Below, piece after piece: positions 8,157 to 16,417 of a stretch of 40,272 nt of DNA (its first letter is position 1; every line of letters begins with the position of its first letter). The notes beneath the pieces are model-generated. The model had not been told where the DNA came from and made no database searches. It worked only from the letters and a program-made list of their open reading frames with translations. The translations under genes and the position numbers were made by a program. The stretch is from a virus (lineage: Duplodnaviria > Caudoviricetes). The stretch is taken from IMG/VR virus record IMGVR_UViG_3300037461_001295, positions 1 through 40,272 of that record; one strand, written 5' to 3'.

Positions 8157-9829
8157 CAGGCCGCCTCCGCCAGGGCGGCCGCCGGCGAGCCGGGCTCCGG
8201 CCGCTTCGTGAGCTTGCCGAACTCCGCCGCCTGCTGAAACGCCATCTGTTGTTGCAGCTGGGCGGCCTGGTACTGCATCCGCTTCTCGCGGATCGCCCGG
8301 ACCTCGTCCCGCGGCTTGAGCCACCGGGGGGGCAGGGCCATCTTCTCCGCGATCCCGCGCGAGATCTCATCGAAGCTGAAGTTGTCCCAGATCTCCGGCG
8401 CAATCTCCGCAAACGGCGACAGGAAGATCATGGCGTCCTGCATCGCCATCATCTCCGCGTACTCCATCGCCAGGGCGAGCGTCGAGGTGTACCGGATATT
8501 CGCCAGGTTCAGCAGTCCGAGCGGCAGCCCGCCCAGGAGCTCGGGCACCTCGGCGAAGATCGCCAGGTTCACGCGGATCAGGGCGTCGAAGAGCTCGACT
8601 TTCATCTGCCCGAACTGTGGGCCCAGCAGCCGCATCTGATCGTGCAAAATCGCCCGGACCTCCGTCGCCGTCTTCTGGCGGTCCTGGTCCAAAAGCACCA
8701 TGAAGAGGTCGTTGAAGCAGGCCGCCCGGATGATCTGGCGTTTGCTGTCGGCGTACTCGATGCCCAGGTCCGGCCGCGCCCCGGTATTAAACGGCTCCGG
8801 CTTGAGCCCGGGATGGGCGGCGTTCGGGCGGTACCAGATGATCGAGCCGGGCTTGACGACGACGGCCGGCTTGCCCGCGCCGTCGACCCCGTTGGCCACG
8901 AGGCTCTGGGCCGGGGCCAGGATCGACGGCCGGACCAGGCCCTCCGCCCCGACGATGACCGCCTCCTCGATCTTATTGACCATCTTGACGTCCGGCAGGC
9001 AGGTCATCAGCGGCGCCCGCCCCTCCTGCTCGCCCGAGGCCACCATCCAGCGGCACACCAGGTATCGCAGCTGCGGCCAGCCACTCTCGCGCAGGACGTG
9101 CTTATCCTGCACGGCCACCCACGTCGAGGCGAGCGGCATGTCCCGCACGTCCCAGCGGCCCGGGGTGAACTCGGACCGGGGGACCGCCGCGTGGATCACC
9201 TCGAACTTCTTGTCGCGGCCCCGGCCGCCCTCCTGCTCGTAGGCGTCCGAGATCGCCTTGCCCACCGCCGCCTCGCCGCGGCCGAACTCGGCGACGAGCT
9301 GCCGCGTCGTCCAGGAGAACCGCCGCAGCACGGCGTCCGGCCGGTCCTCGCCGTCGACGCTGAAGACGCACTGTTCGTAGGGGTAGGTCGTATACCGGAG
9401 CACGCTGCGGCGGCCCCGCGCCGGCTCCATGACGCAGCGGCCCGCCGTCATGAGGTCCAGGAACGCCTTGTAGGCCGCCTCCGCGAAGTTGGAGCGGGCC
9501 ATCTGGTCCCGCATCTGCTCCGAGACCCCGAGCATCGACCGGCCGAACTCGCCGGCGAGCCGGCCGAACTCGATCGGCGGGGTCAGGAGGAACCAGGCCC
9601 GGTCCGAGGGACACATGGCCCCGTAGAGCCCGCTCGCCCCCCGCCCGACCGCCGTCTCCGCCGTCGAGTCGAAGAGCTCGCGGTGGAGGTCCTCACCCGG
9701 CGTCCGCGTCACGGTGACCGTCGCCCGCTGGGGCAGGCCGTACTCCATGACCTGCTGCACCAGGGCCTTGTGATTGGCGCGGTCGGCGTCCCAGCGGTTA
9801 TAGGTGGCGATGATCTCGCTGGCGTCCAT
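8156..9829 (-). CDS. Portal protein (head-to-tail connector, T7 gp8/Bbp21-like)
   Basis: 557 aa; FDSTA...L..GL...WF, RW...GE..GRAP, KTATEV, LGP motifs. Confidence 0.93.
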   Translation of the reverse strand: MDASEIIATYNRWDADRANHKALVQQVMEYGLPQRATVTVTRTPGEDLHRELFDSTAETAVGRGASGLYGAMCPSDRAWFLLTPPIEFGRLAGEFGRSMLGVSEQMRDQMARSNFAEAAYKAFLDLMTAGRCVMEPARGRRSVLRYTTYPYEQCVFSVDGEDRPDAVLRRFSWTTRQLVAEFGRGEAAVGKAISDAYEQEGGRGRDKKFEVIHAAVPRSEFTPGRWDVRDMPLASTWVAVQDKHVLRESGWPQLRYLVCRWMVASGEQEGRAPLMTCLPDVKMVNKIEEAVIVGAEGLVRPSILAPAQSLVANGVDGAGKPAVVVKPGSIIWYRPNAAHPGLKPEPFNTGARPDLGIEYADSKRQIIRAACFNDLFMVLLDQDRQKTATEVRAILHDQMRLLGPQFGQMKVELFDALIRVNLAIFAEVPELLGGLPLGLLNLANIRYTSTLALAMEYAEMMAMQDAMIFLSPFAEIAPEIWDNFSFDEISRGIAEKMALPPRWLKPRDEVRAIREKRMQYQAAQLQQQMAFQQAAEFGKLTKRPEPGSPAAALAEAA

Positions 9830-9832
9830 GCG

Positions 9833-10144
9833 CTAGGTCCCCACCAGGGTCGGTAAGGTCAGCCGCGCCGGCGTGCCCGCCAGGCCGCCGGTGACCATCG
9901 TCGAGCGGCCGCGGTTCTTGCCGGCGTACAGCCGCCGCAGCCGGAGGTCCGCCGCCAGGACCTCAGAGGCCGTCGCCCCGGGCAACGGCGGCGCCGGGGC
10001 CGCGGGTTTGCTGTCCTTCTTCTCGGGAAAGAGCGCCGTCGCCCCCCCGGAGACCACGGCGCGGAGCGTCTTGTCCTCCAGGCCCAGGGCCTCGTCGAAG
10101 ATCTCCTTGTTGATCTTGCGAAACGTCTTCGATAGCCAGCTCAT
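9833..10144 (-). CDS. Small Pro-rich protein upstream of portal
   Basis: 103 aa from MSWLSK; RGRSTMVTGGL...TL.G ending typical of genes just before podovirus portals. Confidence 0.65.
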   Translation of the reverse strand: MSWLSKTFRKINKEIFDEALGLEDKTLRAVVSGGATALFPEKKDSKPAAPAPPLPGATASEVLAADLRLRRLYAGKNRGRSTMVTGGLAGTPARLTLPTLVGT

Positions 10145-10284
10145 AAGAGCCAGTGTAGGCCGCAGGCCGCAGGCGGGAGGCGGCAGGGGAAGATTTCTCG
10201 CGAAAACCACGTTTTCGGGGGCAGCAGGCGGGAAGATTATTTCCGGCGTGTAGTACGAATGGAGTACAAGGGCGAGGTCCGTTC

Positions 10285-10638
10285 CTACGCCGCGGCCTCG
10301 AATCGAGCCAACTTATCCTTGAGGTGTCGTATCTCATCCTGCAGGGTTTCAACTGTCTCGCTCTGCTCCCAGAGCGCCTCGCAGAGGCGCATCCCCTGAA
10401 CGTATTCGTAAGAGCCGCTCACCGCGACGCCCATCGTGAGGAGCCGCTCAAAGTGTGCATAGAGTTCGTGCAAACCCTCTATTCGCGTTTCCGCATCCGT
10501 CAGCTGGCGACCCGGACACGGCCCAAACGGCAGCGAGCCGTTCTGTGGTTGAAGCCCACAGAGAGCACACGTCGGCGGGCTCCCCATCGGCATCACCCAG
10601 CAGTGTTTCCCCCGGTACTCGCTCGTCGCTAGTCCCAT
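10285..10638 (-). CDS. Hypothetical protein with His/Cys cluster (lower GC)
   Basis: 117 aa, AGGAGA SD; HCW...CALC...C; coiled-coil C-terminus. Confidence 0.6.
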   Translation of the reverse strand: MGLATSEYRGKHCWVMPMGSPPTCALCGLQPQNGSLPFGPCPGRQLTDAETRIEGLHELYAHFERLLTMGVAVSGSYEYVQGMRLCEALWEQSETVETLQDEIRHLKDKLARFEAAA

Positions 10639-10643
10639 GATCG

Positions 10644-10928
10644 TTATTCTCCTAACAGCATCCCGGAGTTCGCCAGCAGTTTCAGGATCAGTTCCGCCCG
10701 GTTCGCCGCGTGGGCCTTGCGGTGCACCCGGGCCAGGTACGTCTTGACGGTGAGCGGCCGCAGGCCCAGCCGGGCCGCCGTCTCGCGGACCGTGTCGCCC
10801 AGGACGATCCGGATCGCCACCTCCAGCTCCCGCGGCGAGAGGCCCAGCTCCCGCTGCACCCCCCGCCACAGGCTCACGTCCCGCAGCCGCGAGAGACTCA
10901 TCTGCTCCACGGAGAGCGGCCCCCTCAT
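10644..10928 (-). CDS. LuxR-type HTH transcriptional regulator
   Basis: LSPRELEVAIRIVLGDTVRETAARLGLRPLTVKTYLARVHRK...NRAEL matches the LuxR C-terminal HTH; ATGA overlap with upstream ORF. Confidence 0.88.
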   Translation of the reverse strand: MRGPLSVEQMSLSRLRDVSLWRGVQRELGLSPRELEVAIRIVLGDTVRETAARLGLRPLTVKTYLARVHRKAHAANRAELILKLLANSGMLLGE

Positions 10929-11551
10929 CCCAGCACCCTCCCCCCGTGGACCGTCGTCACCGGCGCCCGGAGCGCCAGGTCCGGCCGCGTCTGCTCCAGG
11001 CCCAGGACCGCGAACGCCAGGGCGGCCACCGCCGGGAAGTCCGAGAGGCGCAGCGTCGCCAGGTCCGTCTGCCGCGGCGGCACCTGGAGCCAGCCCCCCA
11101 GCTTCGCCCCCGCCGGGATCACTAGCCGGCCGATCCCCAGCATCCGCTCCAGGATCGGAAACGCGTAGCCAAAGGGACCCTTCATCGCACACAAGAGCGA
11201 ATGCTCCACACCGAAGCCGGGGACCCGGCCGGCGAACTCGGCCACGAACTGCATCGCCGCCACGTGCTCCCCGTCGCCCAGGAGCCGCACCCGGCCCACC
11301 TCCGCCACGCCGAGCGGCCGCGACTGGTAATACCGCTGGAGCGCCGCCGCCTGCTCCACGACGTGCCACAGCCGCGGGTCCGTCGCCTCATCCAAAACCT
11401 CCAGGACCGGAGCGCCGAGCCGATACGCCGCCCGATGCTCCCCGACGACCACGACGTAGCCCGGATGGACCGCCGGCCAGCCGACGCCCATGAAGATCCG
11501 CAGAAAACGCTCGTCGAGCTCCGGCGGGTAATGGCGCGTGCCCTCGATCAT
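10925..11551 (-). CDS. Hypothetical protein, possibly a degenerate terminase C-terminal (RNase H-like) fold
   Basis: 208 aa from MIEGTRHY; IFMGVGWP...GYVVVVG beta-strand pattern; coupled starts and stops on both sides. Confidence 0.55.
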   Translation of the reverse strand: MIEGTRHYPPELDERFLRIFMGVGWPAVHPGYVVVVGEHRAAYRLGAPVLEVLDEATDPRLWHVVEQAAALQRYYQSRPLGVAEVGRVRLLGDGEHVAAMQFVAEFAGRVPGFGVEHSLLCAMKGPFGYAFPILERMLGIGRLVIPAGAKLGGWLQVPPRQTDLATLRLSDFPAVAALAFAVLGLEQTRPDLALRAPVTTVHGGRVLG

Positions 11552-11802
11552 GAGGCGTTCCTCGTCGCTCGTATCGCGTCGCTCGTCGCTCGTATCGCGT
11601 CGCTCGTATCGCGTCGCTCGTCGCTCGTCACGGGGCGAAAGCCCCAGACCAGGCGGTCGAACAGCCGGCCGTTGCCCCCGGCATCCACGGCGTGGACCCC
11701 GTGCTCGGTCACCAGCTCGCAGCGGCACGGCCAGTTCGCCGTGGCCACCCGGCCGGTGGCGAGCTCGTAGGCCTCGAAGTAGTCACGGTATTTGGGGATC
11801 AT
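11548..11802 (-). CDS. Hypothetical protein; C-terminus encoded by heptamer repeats
   Basis: 84 aa, ATGA overlaps on both sides. Confidence 0.6.
   Translation of the reverse strand: MIPKYRDYFEAYELATGRVATANWPCRCELVTEHGVHAVDAGGNGRLFDRLVWGFRPVTSDERRDTSDAIRATSDAIRATRNAS
11561..11631. repeat. Heptamer tandem repeat, CGTCGCT/CGTATCG family
   Basis: About 10 units; related arrays at 13651-13683, 14284-14313, 20848-20881, 26431-26485, 28977-28999, 32837-32905. Confidence 0.9.
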
Positions 11803-12347
11803 TGGGCCTCCGGCGCGTCGTCAAGGTTCGTTGGGACTGGCTCCTTTGGTGGTTCTGCATCTGTATCTTTGATTTCTTCGAGCCTGGCGATTTGGTCCAT
11901 GATCCGCTCCACCTCGGCCCTCCAGTGAGGCGTGTAGCCTTGGGCATGCGAGATCAACTTGCACACCTCCGCGTGCCCGCCGTGCATCCGTAGCAAATGC
12001 GCGCAGAGCATACGGAGGATTTCCTGCAGCACTTCCATCTGTCGTCGCTGAGTGGCCCTGTGGTTGCTCAGTCGCCTGGCGTGATAGGAGGGTTTGTCCC
12101 CCGCCACCTTGTCAGGCAGCATAGGCCACGTCCACACACAACCGAGCCTTTTGGCTACAGCCTCCGCCATACCCCTCAGATTCTGCTCCGTCAGATGAAA
12201 GCCGCAGGCTCTAACGGCCATGTCCACAATCTGGCGCATGGGACGGTACACAGTCGTCAAGTCCTCCCTGTTCGCCACCAACCAGTCATCCAGGATACGC
12301 TGCTCGTGGTACTCTAAATAATGGGGCTGCTTCTTGGCTTTTGGCAT
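11799..12347 (-). CDS. Hypothetical protein (lower-GC insertion)
   Basis: 182 aa from MPKAKKQ after AAGGAG; visibly more AT-rich than flanks. Confidence 0.7.
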   Translation of the reverse strand: MPKAKKQPHYLEYHEQRILDDWLVANREDLTTVYRPMRQIVDMAVRACGFHLTEQNLRGMAEAVAKRLGCVWTWPMLPDKVAGDKPSYHARRLSNHRATQRRQMEVLQEILRMLCAHLLRMHGGHAEVCKLISHAQGYTPHWRAEVERIMDQIARLEEIKDTDAEPPKEPVPTNLDDAPEAQ

Positions 12348-12357
12348 TTCTGGCTCC

Positions 12358-13656
12358 TTATCGCTTGAAATAGCTGTCCCCTTCGACCGAGTACAACGCG
12401 TACCGCAGGGCGTCGGGGCAATGGTCGTGCTGTTTCTCGGGCTCATCCCGCGGGTCGCGGACCGCCGTGCCCTCCCGCCAGCGGTAGGCGATCATCTCGC
12501 GGATCGTCTGGGGGCAGGTCGAGAAGATCGTGAGCTGCGGCCGGCCGTCCTTCTGGACCTTGAGCTTGGCCTGGACCAGCTCGATCCCCAGGCGGACGTC
12601 CTTCTTTGCCGGCAAGGTCTCGACCCCGAGCTGCCGCAGCTCGAAAACGTCCTGGGCATCGTGGTCCGCCCACGTCGCGACATATCGGTCCCCGGCGGAG
12701 GCCGCCTGGATCCTGCCCGCGTGCCAGGCCAGCGACTCCCGCGCCGCGTAATGCTCCCGGTAGACCACCCACCGCCGGTCCGGGCCGACCCGGGCCAGCC
12801 AGAGGCAGACGAACGGGTTGTTGAACCCCAGGTCGATCGCCCGGTACCGCTCGGCGTCCGCCGGCAGGGCGAACGGCGCCACGACGTGAATGTCACGCCG
12901 GAACGTCTTGTAGACCGCACCCAGGAAGGCCGCGAACCGGCCGCGGATGCGGGTCTCCTGGACCTCCTCCGGCCACGACGCGATCAGGGCGTCGATCTCG
13001 GCGTCCGCCAGGTAGCCGCCGCGGCTGAGGCGGTTGTCTTCGAGGTCGGCGTGAAAGACGGCGTCCTCGGGACCGGGGTCGCGGTCCCTGGCCTCGAGCC
13101 ACTCCTGCGCGATCAGCGGCGTCGCCGACCAGGCCAGGAAGCCGCCCGAGTCCACCAGCCGCATCCGCAGCTCGTCGAAGATCGCCGCCGCGTCGTGCTC
13201 GCACTGCTCGTCGCAGTAGATCGCGTCGATCGCCCGGCCCTGGAACACCACGCGGCCCTGCTCGAACGCCTTGAGCTCGATCCGGTTGCCGTTATCCAGG
13301 AGGAGCTCCTTCGGGATGTCGGCGCCCTTATTGTGCCAGACGACGCCGGAGATCCGCCCGGCCGGCAGGTACGCCTTGATCTTCTCCTGCCACAGGATCT
13401 TGCCGACCATCTCCCACGTCGGGGCGATCGCCCAGGCGACGGCCCGCCGCGGCGTCCGGCGAAACGGATGCACCCCCAGGGCGAACGAGCAGAGGTCGTA
13501 CCCGATGTTGGCCTCGGATTTCCCCGACCGGTTGCCGCCGAAGAACCAGCGGTACTTCGCCCCTACGGCGTGGAACCGCCCCGCCTCGGGCAACGCCCGA
13601 TAGGTCAGGATCTTCCTGCCGATCGCGTTGATCTGCCGGTCGGAAAGCATCGTCAC
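12358..13656 (-). CDS. terL: Terminase large subunit
   Basis: Walker A GGNRSGKS, Walker B IYCDE, motif III SATP, nuclease AIDLG and DHCPDALRY. Confidence 0.95.
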   Translation of the reverse strand: MTMLSDRQINAIGRKILTYRALPEAGRFHAVGAKYRWFFGGNRSGKSEANIGYDLCSFALGVHPFRRTPRRAVAWAIAPTWEMVGKILWQEKIKAYLPAGRISGVVWHNKGADIPKELLLDNGNRIELKAFEQGRVVFQGRAIDAIYCDEQCEHDAAAIFDELRMRLVDSGGFLAWSATPLIAQEWLEARDRDPGPEDAVFHADLEDNRLSRGGYLADAEIDALIASWPEEVQETRIRGRFAAFLGAVYKTFRRDIHVVAPFALPADAERYRAIDLGFNNPFVCLWLARVGPDRRWVVYREHYAARESLAWHAGRIQAASAGDRYVATWADHDAQDVFELRQLGVETLPAKKDVRLGIELVQAKLKVQKDGRPQLTIFSTCPQTIREMIAYRWREGTAVRDPRDEPEKQHDHCPDALRYALYSVEGDSYFKR

Positions 13657-13859
13657 TCGTCACTCGTCGCTCGTATCTCGTCGTCGGCCGGGAGCTTGTC
13701 GCTGACGAGCAGCACGGACAGATCGTCCCGCGCGTCGGTCGTCACCGCAAAGCCCGTCACGTCCCCCGCCGTGCAGTAGCGCCGCAACCCCGCCTGCACC
13801 AGGCAGAACTGGAGGAACTCATTCCGCGGGATGTGAATCCGCTTCACCACGCGCGCCAT
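13653..13859 (-). CDS. Hypothetical protein
   Basis: 68 aa filling the terS-terL gap with ATGA coupling to terL. Confidence 0.6.
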   Translation of the reverse strand: MARVVKRIHIPRNEFLQFCLVQAGLRRYCTAGDVTGFAVTTDARDDLSVLLVSDKLPADDEIRATSDE

Positions 13860-13860
13860 G

Positions 13861-14388
13861 TCACTTGCCTCCCTGTTCGAGTTGCCGTCGCTGTTGTTGG
13901 CGGATCTCTTCGCACTCCTCCGGCGTCAGGACGTCCGCCGTCTCCATGACGATCCGCGCCGTCGGGCGCCCCTCGTCGCGGTCCCACATCCGCATCGTCG
14001 CCTGCAGGGCCACGCCGGTGAACCCCTTCTGGATGAGCTGCGCCGCCTGCTTCGCCGCGATCCGCTGGTTCGCCGGCAGGCGGCGGTCCTTCGCCGCCGC
14101 CCGGATCTCCTCCTCCGGCAGCTCCAGGTACCGGCATAGATGCCGCCAGAGGTTGCACCGCGCCGGCGGCGTCCCCGCCGGATTGCCCGATTCCCCGGGG
14201 CGAAACTGATGCTCGACGGGCGGCCGGCCGTAGCCCACTTCGGCCGGAATCGCCGCTTTTCCCTGTGCCGCAGGGACTCGACGCGTCGCTCGTCGCTCGG
14301 GTCTCGTCTCTCGCCGGACCTGCTGGCGCGGCTTGGCCCGCTTCTTCGAGGTCTTCTTCGCCGTCTTGGCCTGTCGGCTCTTCGCCAT
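13861..14388 (-). CDS. Terminase small subunit-like protein (DUF5681-type motif)
   Basis: VGYGRPPVEHQFRPGESGNPAG and DRDEGRP motifs; upstream of terL. Confidence 0.75.
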   Translation of the reverse strand: MAKSRQAKTAKKTSKKRAKPRQQVRRETRPERRATRRVPAAQGKAAIPAEVGYGRPPVEHQFRPGESGNPAGTPPARCNLWRHLCRYLELPEEEIRAAAKDRRLPANQRIAAKQAAQLIQKGFTGVALQATMRMWDRDEGRPTARIVMETADVLTPEECEEIRQQQRRQLEQGGK

Positions 14389-14391
14389 ATG

Positions 14392-15660
14392 TCACCTGCT
14401 CCCGACCATCGCCTGTAGCACGCCCGGCACGATGTCGGCCCGGGCCAGGCCGCCGAGATTCTTGACCCCGCGGCCGCGCTTCTTGCGGCCGATGTCCCTG
14501 ACGCACCGGTCCCGAAACGCCGTAAAACTCCCGGCCGGCAGCGTATTCTGAACCTGCTGTACCCAGAAATACACCCACGGCCCCAGGTCCATCAGCAGCC
14601 GGTCCGACGCCGCATCGAGGTTCTCCTCACACACCCGACCGGTGATCGCCGTGACGATGTGCCGGGCGAAGTCCACCGCCAGGGGATTACCCCAGGCGAG
14701 CTGCTTGGCCGAGAGGATCTGCCCGAGCGTCACGGCCTCCGGAACTGACGGGGGCCGGCCCGACGCGGCCACCTCACGGCGGCCCGCGGGACGGGGCTCC
14801 AGGCCCGATCCGGCCCCCTGGTCAGATTTCGGCAGGTTCGCAGCTTCCCTTCGTTGGGGTTGCTCGGCGGTTGCTGTGCTTGCTGTCGGTTGGGCTTGCC
14901 CTTGGCTTGCTTGCCCTTGCTCTTGGTTTTGCCCGGGCGCGGCGGAACCTGGAAGCTGAGAACCTGTAGGCGCGCGCGCAGGCTGCGGACTGGAAGCTGC
15001 AGGTTCTTGGTCTTGGCTTGCTTGGGCTTGCCCTTGTTCTTGCCCTTGCGCTTGCTTGCTTGCTTGCCCTTGCCCCTCTTCCAGATTCCCCCCTCTAGTC
15101 CCCCCTTTGGTTTCTCCCCCTTCCGCGCGACGGCACCCGGACCACGGCCGCCACGACCGCGCCGCCGCCGCCTCCGCGTGCGTCAGGTAGCAGGCCAGGC
15201 CGTTGCCGATCATCCAGTCCAGGTGGTCGATCATCCGCACGGGATCGAGGCCCCACTCGTGCATCAGCCGGGCCGGATCGCCCCATACGATCCCCCAGTC
15301 GTCGTCCCGCGCCGCGTGGGCCCAGACCGTCAGGGCAAAGACCCGCTGCGCGTCGCTGGCCGCCCGCCAGAACCCCTTGCGGAACAAGTCCAGACACAGC
15401 GGGATAAAGGGCGGGTTCGCCGCCCCGTGCCTCCAGCAGGCCCACGGGCCTCTCGCGTTGACCACCGCCAGATAGGGCGTCGTGTAGGGGTTGTACCGCT
15501 GCCGCGGATCGGCCGGCCAGGGGAAGCGCCGCAGGGGCAGGCTCACCAGCGCCTCCGGCGCCACTCCGAGCGGCCCGGCCGCCGCCGCGACGGCCGCCGG
15601 CGTCTCAACCGCGGGCGCCGCCGGCCCCCGTGTCTGTTTCCTAGTTCTAGCTTTCGCCAT
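14392..15660 (-). CDS. Putative replication initiator with internal repeat region
   Basis: 422 aa; winged-helix-like segment (FIPL...FW..ASDAQRVFALTVWAHA...DDWGIV...L..NGL) followed by a Gln-rich low-complexity linker, as in lambda O-type initiators; next to ParB. Confidence 0.55.
   Translation of the reverse strand: MAKARTRKQTRGPAAPAVETPAAVAAAAGPLGVAPEALVSLPLRRFPWPADPRQRYNPYTTPYLAVVNARGPWACWRHGAANPPFIPLCLDLFRKGFWRAASDAQRVFALTVWAHAARDDDWGIVWGDPARLMHEWGLDPVRMIDHLDWMIGNGLACYLTHAEAAAARSWRPWSGCRRAEGGETKGGTRGGNLEEGQGQASKQAQGQEQGQAQASQDQEPAASSPQPARAPTGSQLPGSAAPGQNQEQGQASQGQAQPTASTATAEQPQRREAANLPKSDQGAGSGLEPRPAGRREVAASGRPPSVPEAVTLGQILSAKQLAWGNPLAVDFARHIVTAITGRVCEENLDAASDRLLMDLGPWVYFWVQQVQNTLPAGSFTAFRDRCVRDIGRKKRGRGVKNLGGLARADIVPGVLQAMVGSR
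14860..15125. repeat. Iteron-like GCTTGC(CC)TT repeats, candidate origin
   Basis: Many CTTGCCCTTG/GCTTGCTT copies with extreme strand asymmetry, followed by CCCCCTCTAGTCCCCC. Confidence 0.5.
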
Positions 15661-15759
15661 AACGACGCGGGCGCGTCGGCCGCGCCCGCCGTATCCGTCC
15701 CGTCGTTTCTACCGCTCCGTCACCTGCTCACTGCGCTTCTAGTGCCCGGGCCCCGCCGC

Positions 15760-16161
15760 TCAGCCGGCCGGGCCGGCCGGGGCCTGGCCGTCGCTGTTAT
15801 GCCCGGCGTGGCCCCCGGCGTGCAGTTCGCGGGCCTCGTAGGGCGGTCCCCGCCGCTCCACGGCCAGGGCCGCCGCGATCTTGGCCCCGTCGGCGCAGGC
15901 CTGCGCGACCGGCGTCACGCCGGGCAGTCCCATGTCCTCCAACAGCTTCTCCAGCCGGCAGCCCAGCAGGCCGTGCACGTACACGATGTTCAGCAGCCGC
16001 TGCCCCCACTCTTTCCGCAGGTGCGCCGCCTGCTGGCGCTGCGCCGCCGCCTCCAGGCCCGGCAGCCGCGCCGCCAGCAGTTCCGCCGCCCGCCGCTCGA
16101 TCGCCTCGTCACTCAGCCACAGGGCCCGCCAGGCCCGCCGCAGTCGATCCGTCAGTCCCAT
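15760..16161 (-). CDS. Hypothetical protein
   Basis: 133 aa, GGAGG SD. Confidence 0.65.
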   Translation of the reverse strand: MGLTDRLRRAWRALWLSDEAIERRAAELLAARLPGLEAAAQRQQAAHLRKEWGQRLLNIVYVHGLLGCRLEKLLEDMGLPGVTPVAQACADGAKIAAALAVERRGPPYEARELHAGGHAGHNSDGQAPAGPAG

Positions 16162-16180
16162 CCGAAACCTCCAGGAAGAA

Positions 16181-16224
16181 AGTGGTCAGTAGTCAGTTGT
16201 CAGTGGGCAGTTGGCAGTGGTCAG
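16181..16224. repeat. Heptamer tandem repeat, CAGTNGN family
   Basis: agtggt cagtagt cagttgt cagtggg cagttgg cagtggt cag; related arrays at 18812-18853 and 20134-20188. Confidence 0.85.
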
Positions 16225-16417
16225 CCACCTCCACGCGGCACAGGACCCGGCGGAACTGCCCGTCCGCCAGCGGGAAGCTCGTCGCCGAGACCAGCCGCAG
16301 CCGCCGGCCCATCCGCAGCGACGTTAGCTTCGCCCGCACGGCGTCCTCGACCGCCGCCCGGAACTCCGCCGCCGGCCGCTCCGCCAGGTCGAACTCCAGG
16401 TCCGTGACGATCAGCAT
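16193..16417 (-). CDS. Hypothetical protein
   Basis: 74 aa from MLIVTDL after GAGGA, overlapping the ParB stop. Confidence 0.6.
   Translation of the reverse strand: MLIVTDLEFDLAERPAAEFRAAVEDAVRAKLTSLRMGRRLRLVSATSFPLADGQFRRVLCRVEVADHCQLPTDN

Noticed and set aside
11561-11631. CRISPR array
   Set aside because: Contiguous degenerate 7-mers with no unique spacers; no cas genes
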